From positions 32,001-96,000 of the forward strand of contig CAVQEQ010000002.1 in NCBI GenBank assembly GCA_963711565.1: a stretch of 64,000 bases of DNA, written 5' to 3'. The translations under genes and the position numbers were made by a program. Under the pieces are notes generated by a model, which had not been told where the DNA came from, did no database searches, and was given only the letters and a program-made list of their open reading frames with translations. Below are positions 18,669 to 29,038 of this stretch, one piece after another; position 1 is the first letter of the stretch, and each line of letters starts with the position of its first letter. Origin of the DNA: an uncultured delta proteobacterium. Its GTDB lineage: Bacteria > Desulfobacterota > Binatia > Binatales > Binataceae.

Positions 18669-20024
18669 CTAGCCCAGCGCGGCTACCCGCGCGACGAGTC
18701 GATCGACGAACACGCCGGCAGATCCGAGATACAAGGATGGGTCGGTGAGTCGATCGATCTCGGCGTCGGGCAGGTGCGGCCGCAACTCCGGATCACTGCG
18801 AAGAGTCGTTGCGAGCGGCACGCCCTCGGCGATCGACCGGTTGCACGCGCGCGCGACCGCAGCCTCGGCGGCGGCACGACCTATCCTGGCTGCGAGCGCC
18901 GTCGCGATTGCTTCCGCCATGATCAATCCGCCACTCAGTTCGAGGTTCCGACGCATGCGCTCAGTATCGACTGTCATACCTTCCGCAATCGAACGAGCTT
19001 GGGCAAGCGCGCCCGCGGTCAGAGCCACGCATTGCGGGATCGCGAGCGACTCGCTTTGCCACGGCCCGGTCGCGCGTTCGTGATCCGCGATCATCGCCTC
19101 AAGCATCACCGGCACCAACGCATGCACGGCGCGAGCGGCTCCGATGATGTAGTCGCTCGCGATGGGGTTGCGCTTTTGCGGCATCGTGGACGATCCGCCA
19201 CGCCCTTCTTCGTGCGGCTCGGACACCTCGCCGACCTCGGTCTGCATCAGCAGAGTTATGTCGAGCGCGAATTTCGACAGACTTCCGCAAATCAATCCAA
19301 GCAGCGCGGCGGCCTCGGCAAAACCGTCGCGCTGAACGTGCCACGGCTGGATCGGAACACCGAGCGCGAGTTCGCGCGCGAATGCTTCGACGACCGCTGG
19401 TCCATCGGCGCCGAGCGCGGCCAACGTTCCTGCGGCGCCACCAAGCTGCACAACAAGGATTCGCGGCGCAGCCTGATCCAATCGCTCGAGGTGATTGAGC
19501 AATGGCGACGCCCAGACCGCGCACTTGAGACCGAACGTGGTCGGAACCGCGTGCTGGAGATGAGTGCGGCCGGCAATTGGCGTGTCGCGAAACTTGGCGG
19601 CGCGATCGGCTAGAGCACGCGCGAGCGCGATCAAGTCGCGGCGCACGATGGCGAACGCCGCGCGCAGTTGCAGGACGAGTGCGGTGTCCAGAATGTCCTG
19701 CGTGGTCGCGCCAAGATGGATGTAGCGGGCGGCTTCGTCGCCGGCGATTCGGCCCAGTTCCTTCACCAGCGCGACAACCGGGTAACCGACGCGGCGTGTG
19801 CTGTCCGCAATGTAGTCGAGGCGCAGGTTCTCGACCCGCGCGGCGCGGCCGATCGCGTCGGCCACCGACGCAGGCACGAGCCCGAGTTTCGATTCGGCGC
19901 GGGCCAGTGCAGCCTCGACATCGAGCATGAACTGTAGATGAGCGTTGTCGGAAAACAGCGCACGGATTTCGTCGGTGCCGTAGAGCGTGCCGAAAATTTG
20001 CGAGTCGGCGGGATTGATGCTCAT
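18669..20024 (-). CDS. pcaB: 3-carboxy-cis,cis-muconate cycloisomerase
   Basis: Fumarase-family motifs GSSTMPQKRNP, HLGATTQD and GRTHLQHA; adjacent to pcaHG. Confidence 0.9.
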   Translation of the reverse strand: MSINPADSQIFGTLYGTDEIRALFSDNAHLQFMLDVEAALARAESKLGLVPASVADAIGRAARVENLRLDYIADSTRRVGYPVVALVKELGRIAGDEAARYIHLGATTQDILDTALVLQLRAAFAIVRRDLIALARALADRAAKFRDTPIAGRTHLQHAVPTTFGLKCAVWASPLLNHLERLDQAAPRILVVQLGGAAGTLAALGADGPAVVEAFARELALGVPIQPWHVQRDGFAEAAALLGLICGSLSKFALDITLLMQTEVGEVSEPHEEGRGGSSTMPQKRNPIASDYIIGAARAVHALVPVMLEAMIADHERATGPWQSESLAIPQCVALTAGALAQARSIAEGMTVDTERMRRNLELSGGLIMAEAIATALAARIGRAAAEAAVARACNRSIAEGVPLATTLRSDPELRPHLPDAEIDRLTDPSLYLGSAGVFVDRLVARVAALG

Positions 20025-20593
20025 ACGTCGAAGAACACCGTCTCGTTCTCTCCCTGCAGCACGATGTCGAATCGCAACACGTTGGGCCGTTTCGCATCCT
20101 CGATTCGGGCGACAAGAGTCGAGCGTCGTTCAGGCGCGACAGTGTTCAACACGGCGTCGGCGGCATTCAGCGGATCGCCGGGAAAATAGATTCGCGTGAT
20201 CAGCCGCTTCAACAGTCCGCGCGCAAAAATGGATAGGTTGATATGCGGCGCTTGAAGCATATTGGCGGGACCGGGAACGGAGCCGGGCTTGATCGTGTGG
20301 AAGCGATAACGCCCACGCTCGTCAGTCGCGGCGCGACCGAAGCCATGAAAATCCGGGTCGAGCAGCTTCTCTTGCGAGTCGTCCGGATGATCGTAGCGAC
20401 CGTCGGCGTTGGTCTGCCAGAGCTCGATCATTGCGTCACTCACAGGTGCGGCGTCACCGTCGAGAACGCGTCCCTCGATCGTAACGCGCTCGCCGCGGGA
20501 TTTTGGAGTTACAAGTGATCCTTGGCCCGACTGGATCAGCGCGGGCTTGAAGAATGGGCCGACCGTCTGCGATGGAGTTTGCGGCGGGCTCAT
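20021..20593 (-). CDS. pcaG: Protocatechuate 3,4-dioxygenase alpha subunit
   Basis: TPSQTVGPFF, IELWQ.NADGRY, QAPHI, GENETVFFDV. Confidence 0.92.
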   Translation of the reverse strand: MSPPQTPSQTVGPFFKPALIQSGQGSLVTPKSRGERVTIEGRVLDGDAAPVSDAMIELWQTNADGRYDHPDDSQEKLLDPDFHGFGRAATDERGRYRFHTIKPGSVPGPANMLQAPHINLSIFARGLLKRLITRIYFPGDPLNAADAVLNTVAPERRSTLVARIEDAKRPNVLRFDIVLQGENETVFFDV

Positions 20594-20594
20594 T

Positions 20595-21305
20595 TCAGTT
20601 CTGCGCCGGGGTGGAGTCGCGGCCGCGCAGTACGAAGTCGAATCGATAACCGAGTGCATATTCGGGAATAGTAACTTCGATATCGAATGTAGCTATCAAC
20701 CGCTCGCGCGCGGAATGGTCGGGGACGCTGTTGTAGATCGGGTCGAGCGCCAAAAGCGGATCGCCGGGGAAATACATCTGAGTAATGAGGCGAGTGGCGA
20801 AGCTCGGGCCGAAAAGACTGAAGTGAATGTGATTCGGCCGCCACGCATTGTGATGATTGCGCCACGGATATGCACCCGGCTTGACCGTCATGAAGCGATA
20901 CGCGCCGTGCTCGTCGGTGACGACTCTGCCGATGCCGGCGAAATGCGGATCGAGCGGCGCGTCGTGCCGATCCTCGGCGTGAGCATAGCGGCCGGCGGCG
21001 TTCGCCTGCCAGATTTCGATCACCGAGTGCGGAATCGCGCGGCCATCTTCATCGAGCACGCGACCCGTCACGATGATTCGCTCGCCAAGAGCCTCACCGC
21101 CGTTGAAGTGCGTCAGATCGTTTTCGCTGTTGGCCGCTGCGAGTACCTCGCGCGCGATGCAAGGTCCGGTGATCTCCGATAGCGTGTGTTCGAGCCTTAT
21201 CGGCGCATGATGCGGCGCGCGCTTGTGGGTGCTCGTGTACGCAGGATGATCGTACTGCGGATGCGCGCCGGGGTTCTCGCGCCGATAGCCGAGCGGCGGA
21301 TTCAT
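20595..21305 (-). CDS. pcaH: Protocatechuate 3,4-dioxygenase beta subunit
   Basis: TLSEITGP, WQANAAGRY.H, PGAYPWRNHHNAWRPNHIHFSL. Confidence 0.95.
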   Translation of the reverse strand: MNPPLGYRRENPGAHPQYDHPAYTSTHKRAPHHAPIRLEHTLSEITGPCIAREVLAAANSENDLTHFNGGEALGERIIVTGRVLDEDGRAIPHSVIEIWQANAAGRYAHAEDRHDAPLDPHFAGIGRVVTDEHGAYRFMTVKPGAYPWRNHHNAWRPNHIHFSLFGPSFATRLITQMYFPGDPLLALDPIYNSVPDHSARERLIATFDIEVTIPEYALGYRFDFVLRGRDSTPAQN

Positions 21306-21691
21306 CGCGCGTCCTCTTTCGCCATTTCCTCGAGCACCGATTTTGCGATTCGGAACGCGGAGTTCGCCGCCGGCACACCCGCGTAGACCGCGACTTGCAG
21401 CAGGACTTCCTTTACCTCGTCCGCAGTTGCGCCGGTGTTGCGCGTGGCGCGAACGTGGAGCTTGAGTTCGTCGTGACAGCCGCCACTGGCGAGCAACGCG
21501 ATCGTGATGAGACTGCGTGTGCGATGATCGAGGCCGGGCCGCGTCCAGATGTCGCCCCATGCGTGTCGCGTGACGAGATCCTGAAAGTCTTCGTCGAAGG
21601 TAGTCGCGTTTTCCAGTGAGCGCTTCACGTGAGCGTCGCCCAGGATGCGACGCCGAACCGCCAACCCTGCCTCATATGCTTGATCCTTCAT
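21302..21691 (-). CDS. pcaC: 4-carboxymuconolactone decarboxylase
   Basis: GLAVRRRILGDAHV, AWGDIWTRPGL, AVYAGVPAANSAF. Confidence 0.92.
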   Translation of the reverse strand: MKDQAYEAGLAVRRRILGDAHVKRSLENATTFDEDFQDLVTRHAWGDIWTRPGLDHRTRSLITIALLASGGCHDELKLHVRATRNTGATADEVKEVLLQVAVYAGVPAANSAFRIAKSVLEEMAKEDAR

Positions 21692-21824
21692 GACGTCACT
21701 CCCGGATAACCGAGCTTCGAGCGATCCAACTGGAAGCTACCGCGCTGAAGCCCGTAACGTCAAAAGGGAATCGACGGGCTATTCACTTTGTAGTAGCTGT
21801 TTGACGAATCGCGGAGGCAAACCT

Positions 21825-22691
21825 ATGAGGCGCGAAGATTTCTCTTTCAACAGTGAAGACGGACTCGAGATTGCCTACTACCGATGGCGCGCTCCAGGGA
21901 AGGCGGCGGGAATCGCACAGATCGCGCACGGCATGGGAGAGCATGCGCTGCGTTATGCGCACGTCGCGGAGTTTCTCAACCAACTCGGCTATCACGTTTT
22001 CGCCAACGACCATCGCGGGCACGGGCGCAGCGCGAAAGGGCGCGAGTCGCTCGGCGATTTCGGCAGTGGCGGATGGAACGGATTGGTCGCTGACATGGCG
22101 ACGCTGACTCAGCTCGCGCGCACACGCGAAGGCGGACTGCCGGTGATCCTGCTCGGCCACAGCATGGGCTCGTTCGCCGCGCAGCAATACGTGCTCGACC
22201 ACAGTGCAATGATCGCGGGACTCGTGCTCTCGGGATCGGCGGCGGTGGACAAGCTCGCTATCGATCCGTCGCAGGACGCCGACCTTACCGCGTTCAATCG
22301 CGGATTCGAGCCGGCGCGCACTCAGCACGACTGGTTGAGCCGGGACCCGGCGGCGGTGGATGCGTACGAAGCGGATCCGCTCTGCGGCTTTGGAATCAAC
22401 AAGAACGCGATGGCGACGCTTATGGCGTCGGCGATTCGGCTAGTCGATCCGGCGGCGCTCGCGCAAATTCGCAAGGACCTCCCGATCTACATTCTCGCCG
22501 GTGACAAGGACCCGATTAATCACGACCTGGAATGGCTCAAGCCGCTGGCCGAGCGATACCGCGCAGCGGAGATCGCGAATGTCAGCGAGAAATACTATAC
22601 GAACGGGCGGCACGAGATGCTGAACGAAACAAATCGCGACGAAGTGCTGCGCGACCTCGCGAGCTGGATTCAGAAGCCGATCGCGAAATAA
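21825..22691 (+). CDS. Alpha/beta hydrolase (lysophospholipase/monoglyceride lipase-like)
   Basis: HGMGEH, DHRGHG, GHSMGS, RHEMLNE. Confidence 0.9.
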   Translation: MRREDFSFNSEDGLEIAYYRWRAPGKAAGIAQIAHGMGEHALRYAHVAEFLNQLGYHVFANDHRGHGRSAKGRESLGDFGSGGWNGLVADMATLTQLARTREGGLPVILLGHSMGSFAAQQYVLDHSAMIAGLVLSGSAAVDKLAIDPSQDADLTAFNRGFEPARTQHDWLSRDPAAVDAYEADPLCGFGINKNAMATLMASAIRLVDPAALAQIRKDLPIYILAGDKDPINHDLEWLKPLAERYRAAEIANVSEKYYTNGRHEMLNETNRDEVLRDLASWIQKPIAK

Positions 22692-22694
22692 CGA

Positions 22695-23909
22695 TCAGCC
22701 GGCCGCGATGCGGCGCTTGATCATGTCGTCGATCGCGGCTTCGTCATAACCCAGCGAGCGCAGGACTTCGCGCGTGTTCGCGCCGATTTCCGGCGAGGCC
22801 TCAGGCTTTCGCTTCTCGCTGCCTTCGACGAATAAAGGACTGTTGATTGTCTGGATGGTGCCGTGCCCCGGATAATCAACGTCCACGAACGCTCCGGCGG
22901 CGCGCATCTGCGGATCGCTCACCACCTCGGCAAGCATCGGCAGCGGCGCCCATTTGATATCGTATTGCCTGAACTCCTTGCGCCACTCGGCCAGGTCCCT
23001 CGACTCGAACTGCGATTGCAGGATCGCCGAAAGCTCGGCGGCATGTTCGGTGCGCGCGGCGTCGCTCGCGAACATCGGATCGGTCGCCATTTCCGGCGCA
23101 CCGAACATCGTGCACAGCCGCGGAAACTCGTGCTCGGGATCGAGTTGCGCGAGCAGGAACACCTTCGCGTCGCGCGTGATGTATCCGGTCAACAGCGGAT
23201 TGATCGGGGTCGGTCCCGCCAGCTTGGGGAACGTGGCGCCAAGCATCTGCGCCTGAAGATCGCAGCTATGCGCCCACGCTCCGCTTGCCATCAGCGAGGT
23301 CCCGACCTTCGAGCCGCGGCCGGTGCGTTCGCGGTCGTAGAGCCCGAGCATGATCGCGCCGAATAACGCCATCGCAGTCGGATGGTCGCCGATTCCCGGA
23401 CGAGGAGCCCCCGGAGTTCCGTCGCGTCCGATGACGCTGGTCATCAGGCCGGAACGCGCCCAGTATGCGAGCGCGTCGAACGCCGGCAGGCCGGCATCCT
23501 CGCCCGCTTCGCCGTAGCCGGTGAGATGCGCGAAAATCAGCCGATCGTTGATAACGCGCAACTCGTCCCATGTTAGATGGAACTTCGTCAGCAGTTGCGG
23601 CTGGTAATTGGTAACGAAAACGTCGGCGGTTCTGACGAGGCGTAGCAGCGCCTCGTAGCCTTCGGGAGTTCCGAGGTCGAGCGCGACGCTCTTCTTGTTG
23701 CGCCCGGTGAGCACCCAGGCCCAGTTGAGTTCCGACTTCGCCGATCCGGGCAGATGCGGAAATAGGCGCCACAGATCTCCTCCATCGGGGCGTTCGATCT
23801 TGAAGACTTCCGCGCCAAAATCCGACATGACCGTGGCCGAAGCCGGACCCGCTATATACGTGCCGCAGTCGATCACCCTGAGTCCCGAAAGGATTCCGTT
23901 CTTCTGCAT
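22695..23909 (-). CDS. CaiB/BaiF family III CoA-transferase
   Basis: LSGLRVID, AGP, FGAEV.KIE, RNKKSVALDL. Confidence 0.9.
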   Translation of the reverse strand: MQKNGILSGLRVIDCGTYIAGPASATVMSDFGAEVFKIERPDGGDLWRLFPHLPGSAKSELNWAWVLTGRNKKSVALDLGTPEGYEALLRLVRTADVFVTNYQPQLLTKFHLTWDELRVINDRLIFAHLTGYGEAGEDAGLPAFDALAYWARSGLMTSVIGRDGTPGAPRPGIGDHPTAMALFGAIMLGLYDRERTGRGSKVGTSLMASGAWAHSCDLQAQMLGATFPKLAGPTPINPLLTGYITRDAKVFLLAQLDPEHEFPRLCTMFGAPEMATDPMFASDAARTEHAAELSAILQSQFESRDLAEWRKEFRQYDIKWAPLPMLAEVVSDPQMRAAGAFVDVDYPGHGTIQTINSPLFVEGSEKRKPEASPEIGANTREVLRSLGYDEAAIDDMIKRRIAAG

Positions 23910-24203
23910 CGCAAAACTCCAACGAACGAGATTGCAAACACGTCGTTAGTACAGTGGATCGAGTTCGGCAATCTCCGAAGTGCAGGTTCATTGCATGACT
24001 CTCTGAGCGCCGCAGCGTCCTTCCGCGACCGGTCTCCCTTCACGCGCGCGGGTTAGGGTCAGGTTTGTATGCATCGAGCACGAAATCCGGCTATGCAAAC
24101 CTCTCGCCGCGCCCACTGACGTTCGCGCGTCTCGCCTTGACAATTCCGCGCCATTGCTTGCAGACTCATCCGGATTTCGCCGAACCCTGAGAGGAACATT
24201 CCG

Positions 24204-25061
24204 ATGCGAACAGCTATCGCGCGCGCGCTGATACTGCCCGTCCTGCTGGCACTTCCGTTGGTCAGCGGATGCCAGTCCGAGGCGAAGAAACATCTATACA
24301 AAGCTGAAGATCTGTTCGAAAAGCGCGACCTCGACGGCGCCAAAAAAGAACTCGAGCTGTCGATCAAGGCCGACCCCAACGATCTCGACGCGCACAAGTC
24401 GCTCGCGAACATAGATGAGGCGCTCGGCGACCAGGAAGGCGCCGCTAAGGAATATATGGCCGCCTCGGCGCTCGATCCCACCGATCAGAAGCTGCTCGAC
24501 AAGGCCCGCCTCTACAAGCAGCTCGAGGATATGGCGAATTCGTCGGGCCAGGCGCTCGACAAGATTAAGGCCGGCAATGTCACCGAAGGCGTCGCTCAGC
24601 TCAAGGACATCATCGTGACGACCAGGATTCCGGCGGCCCGCGAGAAAGCGGTGAACGCGCTCTCCGACTCTATCCCGATCATCCAGAAGGTCGGCGACCA
24701 GCAGCTGGCGGATAAAAAGTACGCCGACGCAATTACCACCTACGAGCAGGGAATCCGCGCCGCGATGCTGCTGGCGCGAGCGCACAAGAGCGACACGCTC
24801 GGCCCCGAGGCGGACCCCATGATGCACAGCATCAATGACGCCGCGAAGGCCGCAGGCACCCCCGATGCGAACTTCAAACTGTTCAACAACGTCATCGGCG
24901 ACTATCCCGACGACAAGGTCGCCAATATGGAATTGGCCGGGATCTATCTCAGCAAGACGCCGCCCGACTATGACACGGCCGCCGATCTGGAAGAACGCGG
25001 CGGTGCGCCCGACGACCAGGTCCGCAAACTCCGCGACATGGCCAAGAAGCATCGCAAGTAA
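24204..25061 (+). CDS. TPR lipoprotein
   Basis: Signal peptide with lipobox VSGC followed by TPR-like helices. Confidence 0.75.
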   Translation: MRTAIARALILPVLLALPLVSGCQSEAKKHLYKAEDLFEKRDLDGAKKELELSIKADPNDLDAHKSLANIDEALGDQEGAAKEYMAASALDPTDQKLLDKARLYKQLEDMANSSGQALDKIKAGNVTEGVAQLKDIIVTTRIPAAREKAVNALSDSIPIIQKVGDQQLADKKYADAITTYEQGIRAAMLLARAHKSDTLGPEADPMMHSINDAAKAAGTPDANFKLFNNVIGDYPDDKVANMELAGIYLSKTPPDYDTAADLEERGGAPDDQVRKLRDMAKKHRK

Positions 25062-25119
25062 CGAGCGTGGTCAATCCTCGCTCGCGACTGCGATGAGCTA
25101 GTGACACAATCGAGGCTCG

Positions 25120-25758
25120 ATGCGCCGGCGCGGCTATATCGCGGTCGAAGGCCCCATCGGGGTTGGCAAGACGAGCCTGGCTCAGGCGCTCGCGCGCGAA
25201 CTCGGCGCGCGCCTGATGCTCGAGGATGCCGACAATAATCCGTTCCTGCCGCGGTTTTACGAAGATCCCGACAAGTACGCATTTCCCGCGCAGCTTTATT
25301 TTCTGCTCACCCGCCACAATCAGCAGCGCGAGCTGAAGCAGCAGGATCTCTTCACGCAGGCGACCGTCGCCGACTACCTTTTCGCCAAGGATAAAATTTT
25401 CGCCGCGATGAACCTCGCAGTCGACGAGCTCAAGCTCTACGACAACGTTTACAAGCTGCTCGACGCCCAGATGGCCAAGCCCGACCTCGTAGTCTACGTG
25501 CGCGCGACCGTCGAGGTGCTCGCCGATCGACTGCGCAAGCGCAATCGCGATTTCGAACGCCACATCAGCTTCGACTACCTCGAGCGCGTGTCCTCAGCGT
25601 ACCGCGATTTCTTTTTCTACTACGACGAGGCGCCGCTGCTGGTCGTCGATACTACGGAAATCGATTTCGTCGCCAACCCCGAAGACCTGGGCGCCCTTAT
25701 CCGCGAAATCGACAACGCCGGCCCCGGCACCCAATACTTCGTCCCCCGCAAGAATTGA
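25120..25758 (+). CDS. Deoxynucleoside kinase
   Basis: YIAVEGPIGVGKT, NPFLPRFY, QLYFLLTR. Confidence 0.9.
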   Translation: MRRRGYIAVEGPIGVGKTSLAQALARELGARLMLEDADNNPFLPRFYEDPDKYAFPAQLYFLLTRHNQQRELKQQDLFTQATVADYLFAKDKIFAAMNLAVDELKLYDNVYKLLDAQMAKPDLVVYVRATVEVLADRLRKRNRDFERHISFDYLERVSSAYRDFFFYYDEAPLLVVDTTEIDFVANPEDLGALIREIDNAGPGTQYFVPRKN

Positions 25759-25858
25759 GGTGCTGGTCCGGCTTTTGGCTTTATGTGGCTCCTGGAAACG
25801 CGGCTCTTGACATAGGCGAAGAAAGAGCGAAAATGGGTCGCTTCAAGGAGGACATCCT

Positions 25859-26320
25859 ATGGCGACCTGGAATGAGTTCGAAAACGATGCGCCTGACATC
25901 GCGGCTGCGGGACGGCAGATGCTCTACCAATTCGGCGTTGGACTTGCCTTCCTCGCCACGCTCCGAAGGGACGGCGCGCCGCGCCTCCATCCGATTTGCC
26001 CGACTATCGTGGACGGCCACCTCTACGCGCTCATCGGCCCGACACCCAAGCGCGCCGACCTCCGCCGCGACGGCCGCTACGCGCTGCACACCTTCCCTCC
26101 CGTCAACGTCGATGACGAGTTTCTCGTGATGGGCCGCGCGATGTTCATCGACAGCACCGCGGTCGCCGACAAGGTCCGCGCCGACTTGGTCGGGCGCGGG
26201 ATGACCAGCACTAACGATGAACTGGCGTTCGAGTTCCACATCGAAAGCGTGATGCGTGCGAAGTACCCGGGCGGTCACGGCACTTGGCCGCCGAAGTATT
26301 CGATTTGGAAATCGCGCTGA
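25859..26320 (+). CDS. Pyridoxamine 5'-phosphate oxidase-like (flavin/F420 split barrel) protein
   Basis: LAFLATLRRDGAPRLHPI...DLRRDGRYALH. Confidence 0.8.
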   Translation: MATWNEFENDAPDIAAAGRQMLYQFGVGLAFLATLRRDGAPRLHPICPTIVDGHLYALIGPTPKRADLRRDGRYALHTFPPVNVDDEFLVMGRAMFIDSTAVADKVRADLVGRGMTSTNDELAFEFHIESVMRAKYPGGHGTWPPKYSIWKSR

Positions 26321-26337
26321 TGCTATGACACAAGCCG

Positions 26338-26940
26338 ATGGCGTCGAGAGAAAAATCTCCACAGCTCGCGATTGGCTTTCGCGTCAAGACCGGCCGCGCG
26401 ACCGCAATCGTCATGGCGGGACCGGCATCCGCTCCGCGCCTGTTGTCGCGCAAGAGTTTGCAACTGTGGGATCCTGCGATCTCCGCATCGCATCAGCCGT
26501 GGCACGCCGAGCTCGAGCTGCCGCCCGACGAAAGTGCGCGCGTCGTACCGCAGGCTCTCAAAGCCGTCGAGCGCGTAGCGCTGTCTGCCCTGCGCGAACT
26601 GATCGCGGAAGTCCAGCCGGCCCTGGGCTCGATAGTTGGAATTGCACTCGTCGCCGGCAGCGCCACGGATCCCGAATCGATTCGCAATCCTCACATGCGC
26701 GCGCATGCCCGCGAGGGCCAACTCTTCCCGCAAGCACTCGCCGCGGCCGCCAGGACGATGGCTATCCCGGCAGTCACGCTCGCCGAGTCCGAAGTCTTCG
26801 CCGGCGCCGCCGCGCGCCTCGGCAAATCGCCCGCCGCGATCAAGCTCGCCGTAACTGAATTAGGCCGCGCCGTCGGCAAGCCGTGGAGCGCCGAAGAAAA
26901 GGCCGCCACCGCGGCGGCTTGGATTACGCTAGCCGGCTAA
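26338..26940 (+). CDS. Conserved hypothetical protein
   Basis: Protein-like composition (GFRVKTGRA...H.REG...PW); lies in a co-oriented run of genes. Confidence 0.65.
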   Translation: MASREKSPQLAIGFRVKTGRATAIVMAGPASAPRLLSRKSLQLWDPAISASHQPWHAELELPPDESARVVPQALKAVERVALSALRELIAEVQPALGSIVGIALVAGSATDPESIRNPHMRAHAREGQLFPQALAAAARTMAIPAVTLAESEVFAGAAARLGKSPAAIKLAVTELGRAVGKPWSAEEKAATAAAWITLAG

Positions 26941-26987
26941 TCGTTATACTACTTGAAGCCGGGCTACCCTCCGACTGTGAGCCGAGC

Positions 26988-28583
26988 ATGAACATTCTGC
27001 TGTGGACGCTATCCCTGCTGCTTGGCGCGGTGCTGCTGGCCGCGCTTGCGCGCCGGATTAAGGTGCCATCTCCATCGCTGCTCGCGCTGGGCGGAGTGCT
27101 TGTCGCCCTTATCCCCGACGGCCCGCGAATCTCGCTCGAACCTGACCTGGCACTCGCACTGTTCGTCGCTCCCGTTCTGATGGACGCGGCCTTCGACAAC
27201 TCGCTGCGGGATCTCCGCGAGAACTGGATTCCGATCACCAGCCTGGTTTTCATGGCCGTGGCCGTGACCACCGCGGCAGTAGCGCTCGTCGCGCGTTGGC
27301 TCGTCCCCGCTATGCCGTGGCCGGTTGCGATCGCGCTGGGCGCTGCGGTAGCGCCGCCGGACGCCGCGGCCGCGACTGCGGTTCTCAAGGAAGTACGACT
27401 TCCTCATCGCCTCGTCACAATCCTCGAGGACGAGAGCCTGCTCAACGACGCGAGCGCACTGCTCGTCTATCGATTGGCCGTAGGAGCGGCAATCGCTCAT
27501 ACCGGCAACGCGATCGAGGTGACCTCCACCCTGGCATTTATCCTCGTCGGCAGCGTCGCGGCCGGCGCGCTGTTTGCCTTCGCCTACGGCAACATCGTGA
27601 ATCGTTTTTCTGACGTGCCCAGTTCGATCGTTATGCAATTCATCGGCGCGTTCGGAATCTGGATACTGGCGGATCAGCTCGAGCTGTCGGGCGTGCTCGT
27701 GGTCGTGACGGCAGCGGTTATCTTGTCGCGCCGCTCGGCCATTCGCATGCCTGCCGCGGTTCGCGTTCCCTCCTACGCTGTGTGGGATCTCGCCGTCTTC
27801 GTCCTCAATGCGTTGGCGTTCATCCTCGCCGGCCTGCAAATCGGTCCGATTATGGACCGGCTGGCGCATGCGCAACACGTTCACTACGGCATTTTCGCGA
27901 CTGCGATACTCGTCACGGTCATCCTTGCACGGACGGCCTGGGTGATGACCTATAACCTCTCGCTGAGGCTGGCGCGCCGTGTCTTCGGACCGCGTGGTCC
28001 GCGGGCGCTGTCACCGCCGCCGTTCAAAAATGGCGTGCTGGTCTCCTGGTGCGGGATGCGCGGGATCGTGACGCTCGCCGCTGCGCTCGCGTTGCCGGAC
28101 GGCACAGGCGGCGGGCCCGCCTTTCCATATCGCGATTTGATCGTGCTGACCGCTTTCGCGGTGGTGCTCGGCACCCTGGTCGTGCAGGGTCTCACTCTGC
28201 GGACGCTCGTAATGACGTTAGGGCTGGAGGACGACTCGCCCGTCGACAGCGAGATTCGCGCCGGCCGCGTTCAGATATTCAAGGCGGCGCTCGAGAGCCT
28301 GGACAATCGCAACAATGCCGGCCTCGATAATATCGAGACCGACGCGGCGTCCGCCTTTCGACGTGAACTCGAAGAGGCGCTCACACGTATCGACGGCTCC
28401 GCTGGCCGCTCGGAGCGGGAGCATCAAGCCGAGGTCGCCCTTCGCGCCAATGCCAGGACTGCCGCGCGGGAGAGGCTCAATGCGTTGAGGTCCGCTGGGG
28501 CGATCGGCGAAGCGGCTTACCAGGAATTGGAAAAGGAACTTGATCTGATCGAGCTGGACGCCGACGTTCGCAGCCGCTGGTGA
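26988..28583 (+). CDS. CPA1-family Na+/H+ antiporter
   Basis: Multiple TM helices; APPDAAAA, ESLLNDA, WCGMRGIVTLAAAL. Confidence 0.9.
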   Translation: MNILLWTLSLLLGAVLLAALARRIKVPSPSLLALGGVLVALIPDGPRISLEPDLALALFVAPVLMDAAFDNSLRDLRENWIPITSLVFMAVAVTTAAVALVARWLVPAMPWPVAIALGAAVAPPDAAAATAVLKEVRLPHRLVTILEDESLLNDASALLVYRLAVGAAIAHTGNAIEVTSTLAFILVGSVAAGALFAFAYGNIVNRFSDVPSSIVMQFIGAFGIWILADQLELSGVLVVVTAAVILSRRSAIRMPAAVRVPSYAVWDLAVFVLNALAFILAGLQIGPIMDRLAHAQHVHYGIFATAILVTVILARTAWVMTYNLSLRLARRVFGPRGPRALSPPPFKNGVLVSWCGMRGIVTLAAALALPDGTGGGPAFPYRDLIVLTAFAVVLGTLVVQGLTLRTLVMTLGLEDDSPVDSEIRAGRVQIFKAALESLDNRNNAGLDNIETDAASAFRRELEEALTRIDGSAGRSEREHQAEVALRANARTAARERLNALRSAGAIGEAAYQELEKELDLIELDADVRSRW

Positions 28584-28594
28584 CTCCCGCTGCG

Positions 28595-28888
28595 CTACTC
28601 GTCGAGATCCTTGAAGGCGATCTCGATGTTCTCCGCCAGCTTGAAATCCTTGTCGGTCACTCCGCCCGCATCGTGCGTCGAGCACGAGAACGTCACGCGC
28701 GTGTAGTTGATCGTGATGTCCGGATGATGGTCGGCGCCCTCGGCAATCTCGGCGACCTTCTGCACGAACTCGATGCCGTGCAGGAATTCCTTGAACTTGA
28801 ACATCTTGCTGATAGCGTTGTCCTTGGACTCCCATCCGGGGAGCGCCTTCAGCTTCTGAGCGATTTCGTCCGCGCTGAGCTTCGCCAT
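28595..28888 (-). CDS. Pterin-4a-carbinolamine dehydratase
   Basis: DHHPDI...STHDAGGVTDKDF. Confidence 0.92.
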   Translation of the reverse strand: MAKLSADEIAQKLKALPGWESKDNAISKMFKFKEFLHGIEFVQKVAEIAEGADHHPDITINYTRVTFSCSTHDAGGVTDKDFKLAENIEIAFKDLDE

Positions 28889-29038
28889 CTTGAGGTCCTC
28901 CGAACAAATTCTGTCGACAGTTGCATCATACCGCACTGCGGGCCCGCGGCGTTATACCCGTCGTGCGCGGCTGTGGTAAAAGGTGGCGGATGCAGACCCG
29001 CAAGCAGGTCGAAAACGTGCACAAGGGACACTGAAAAA

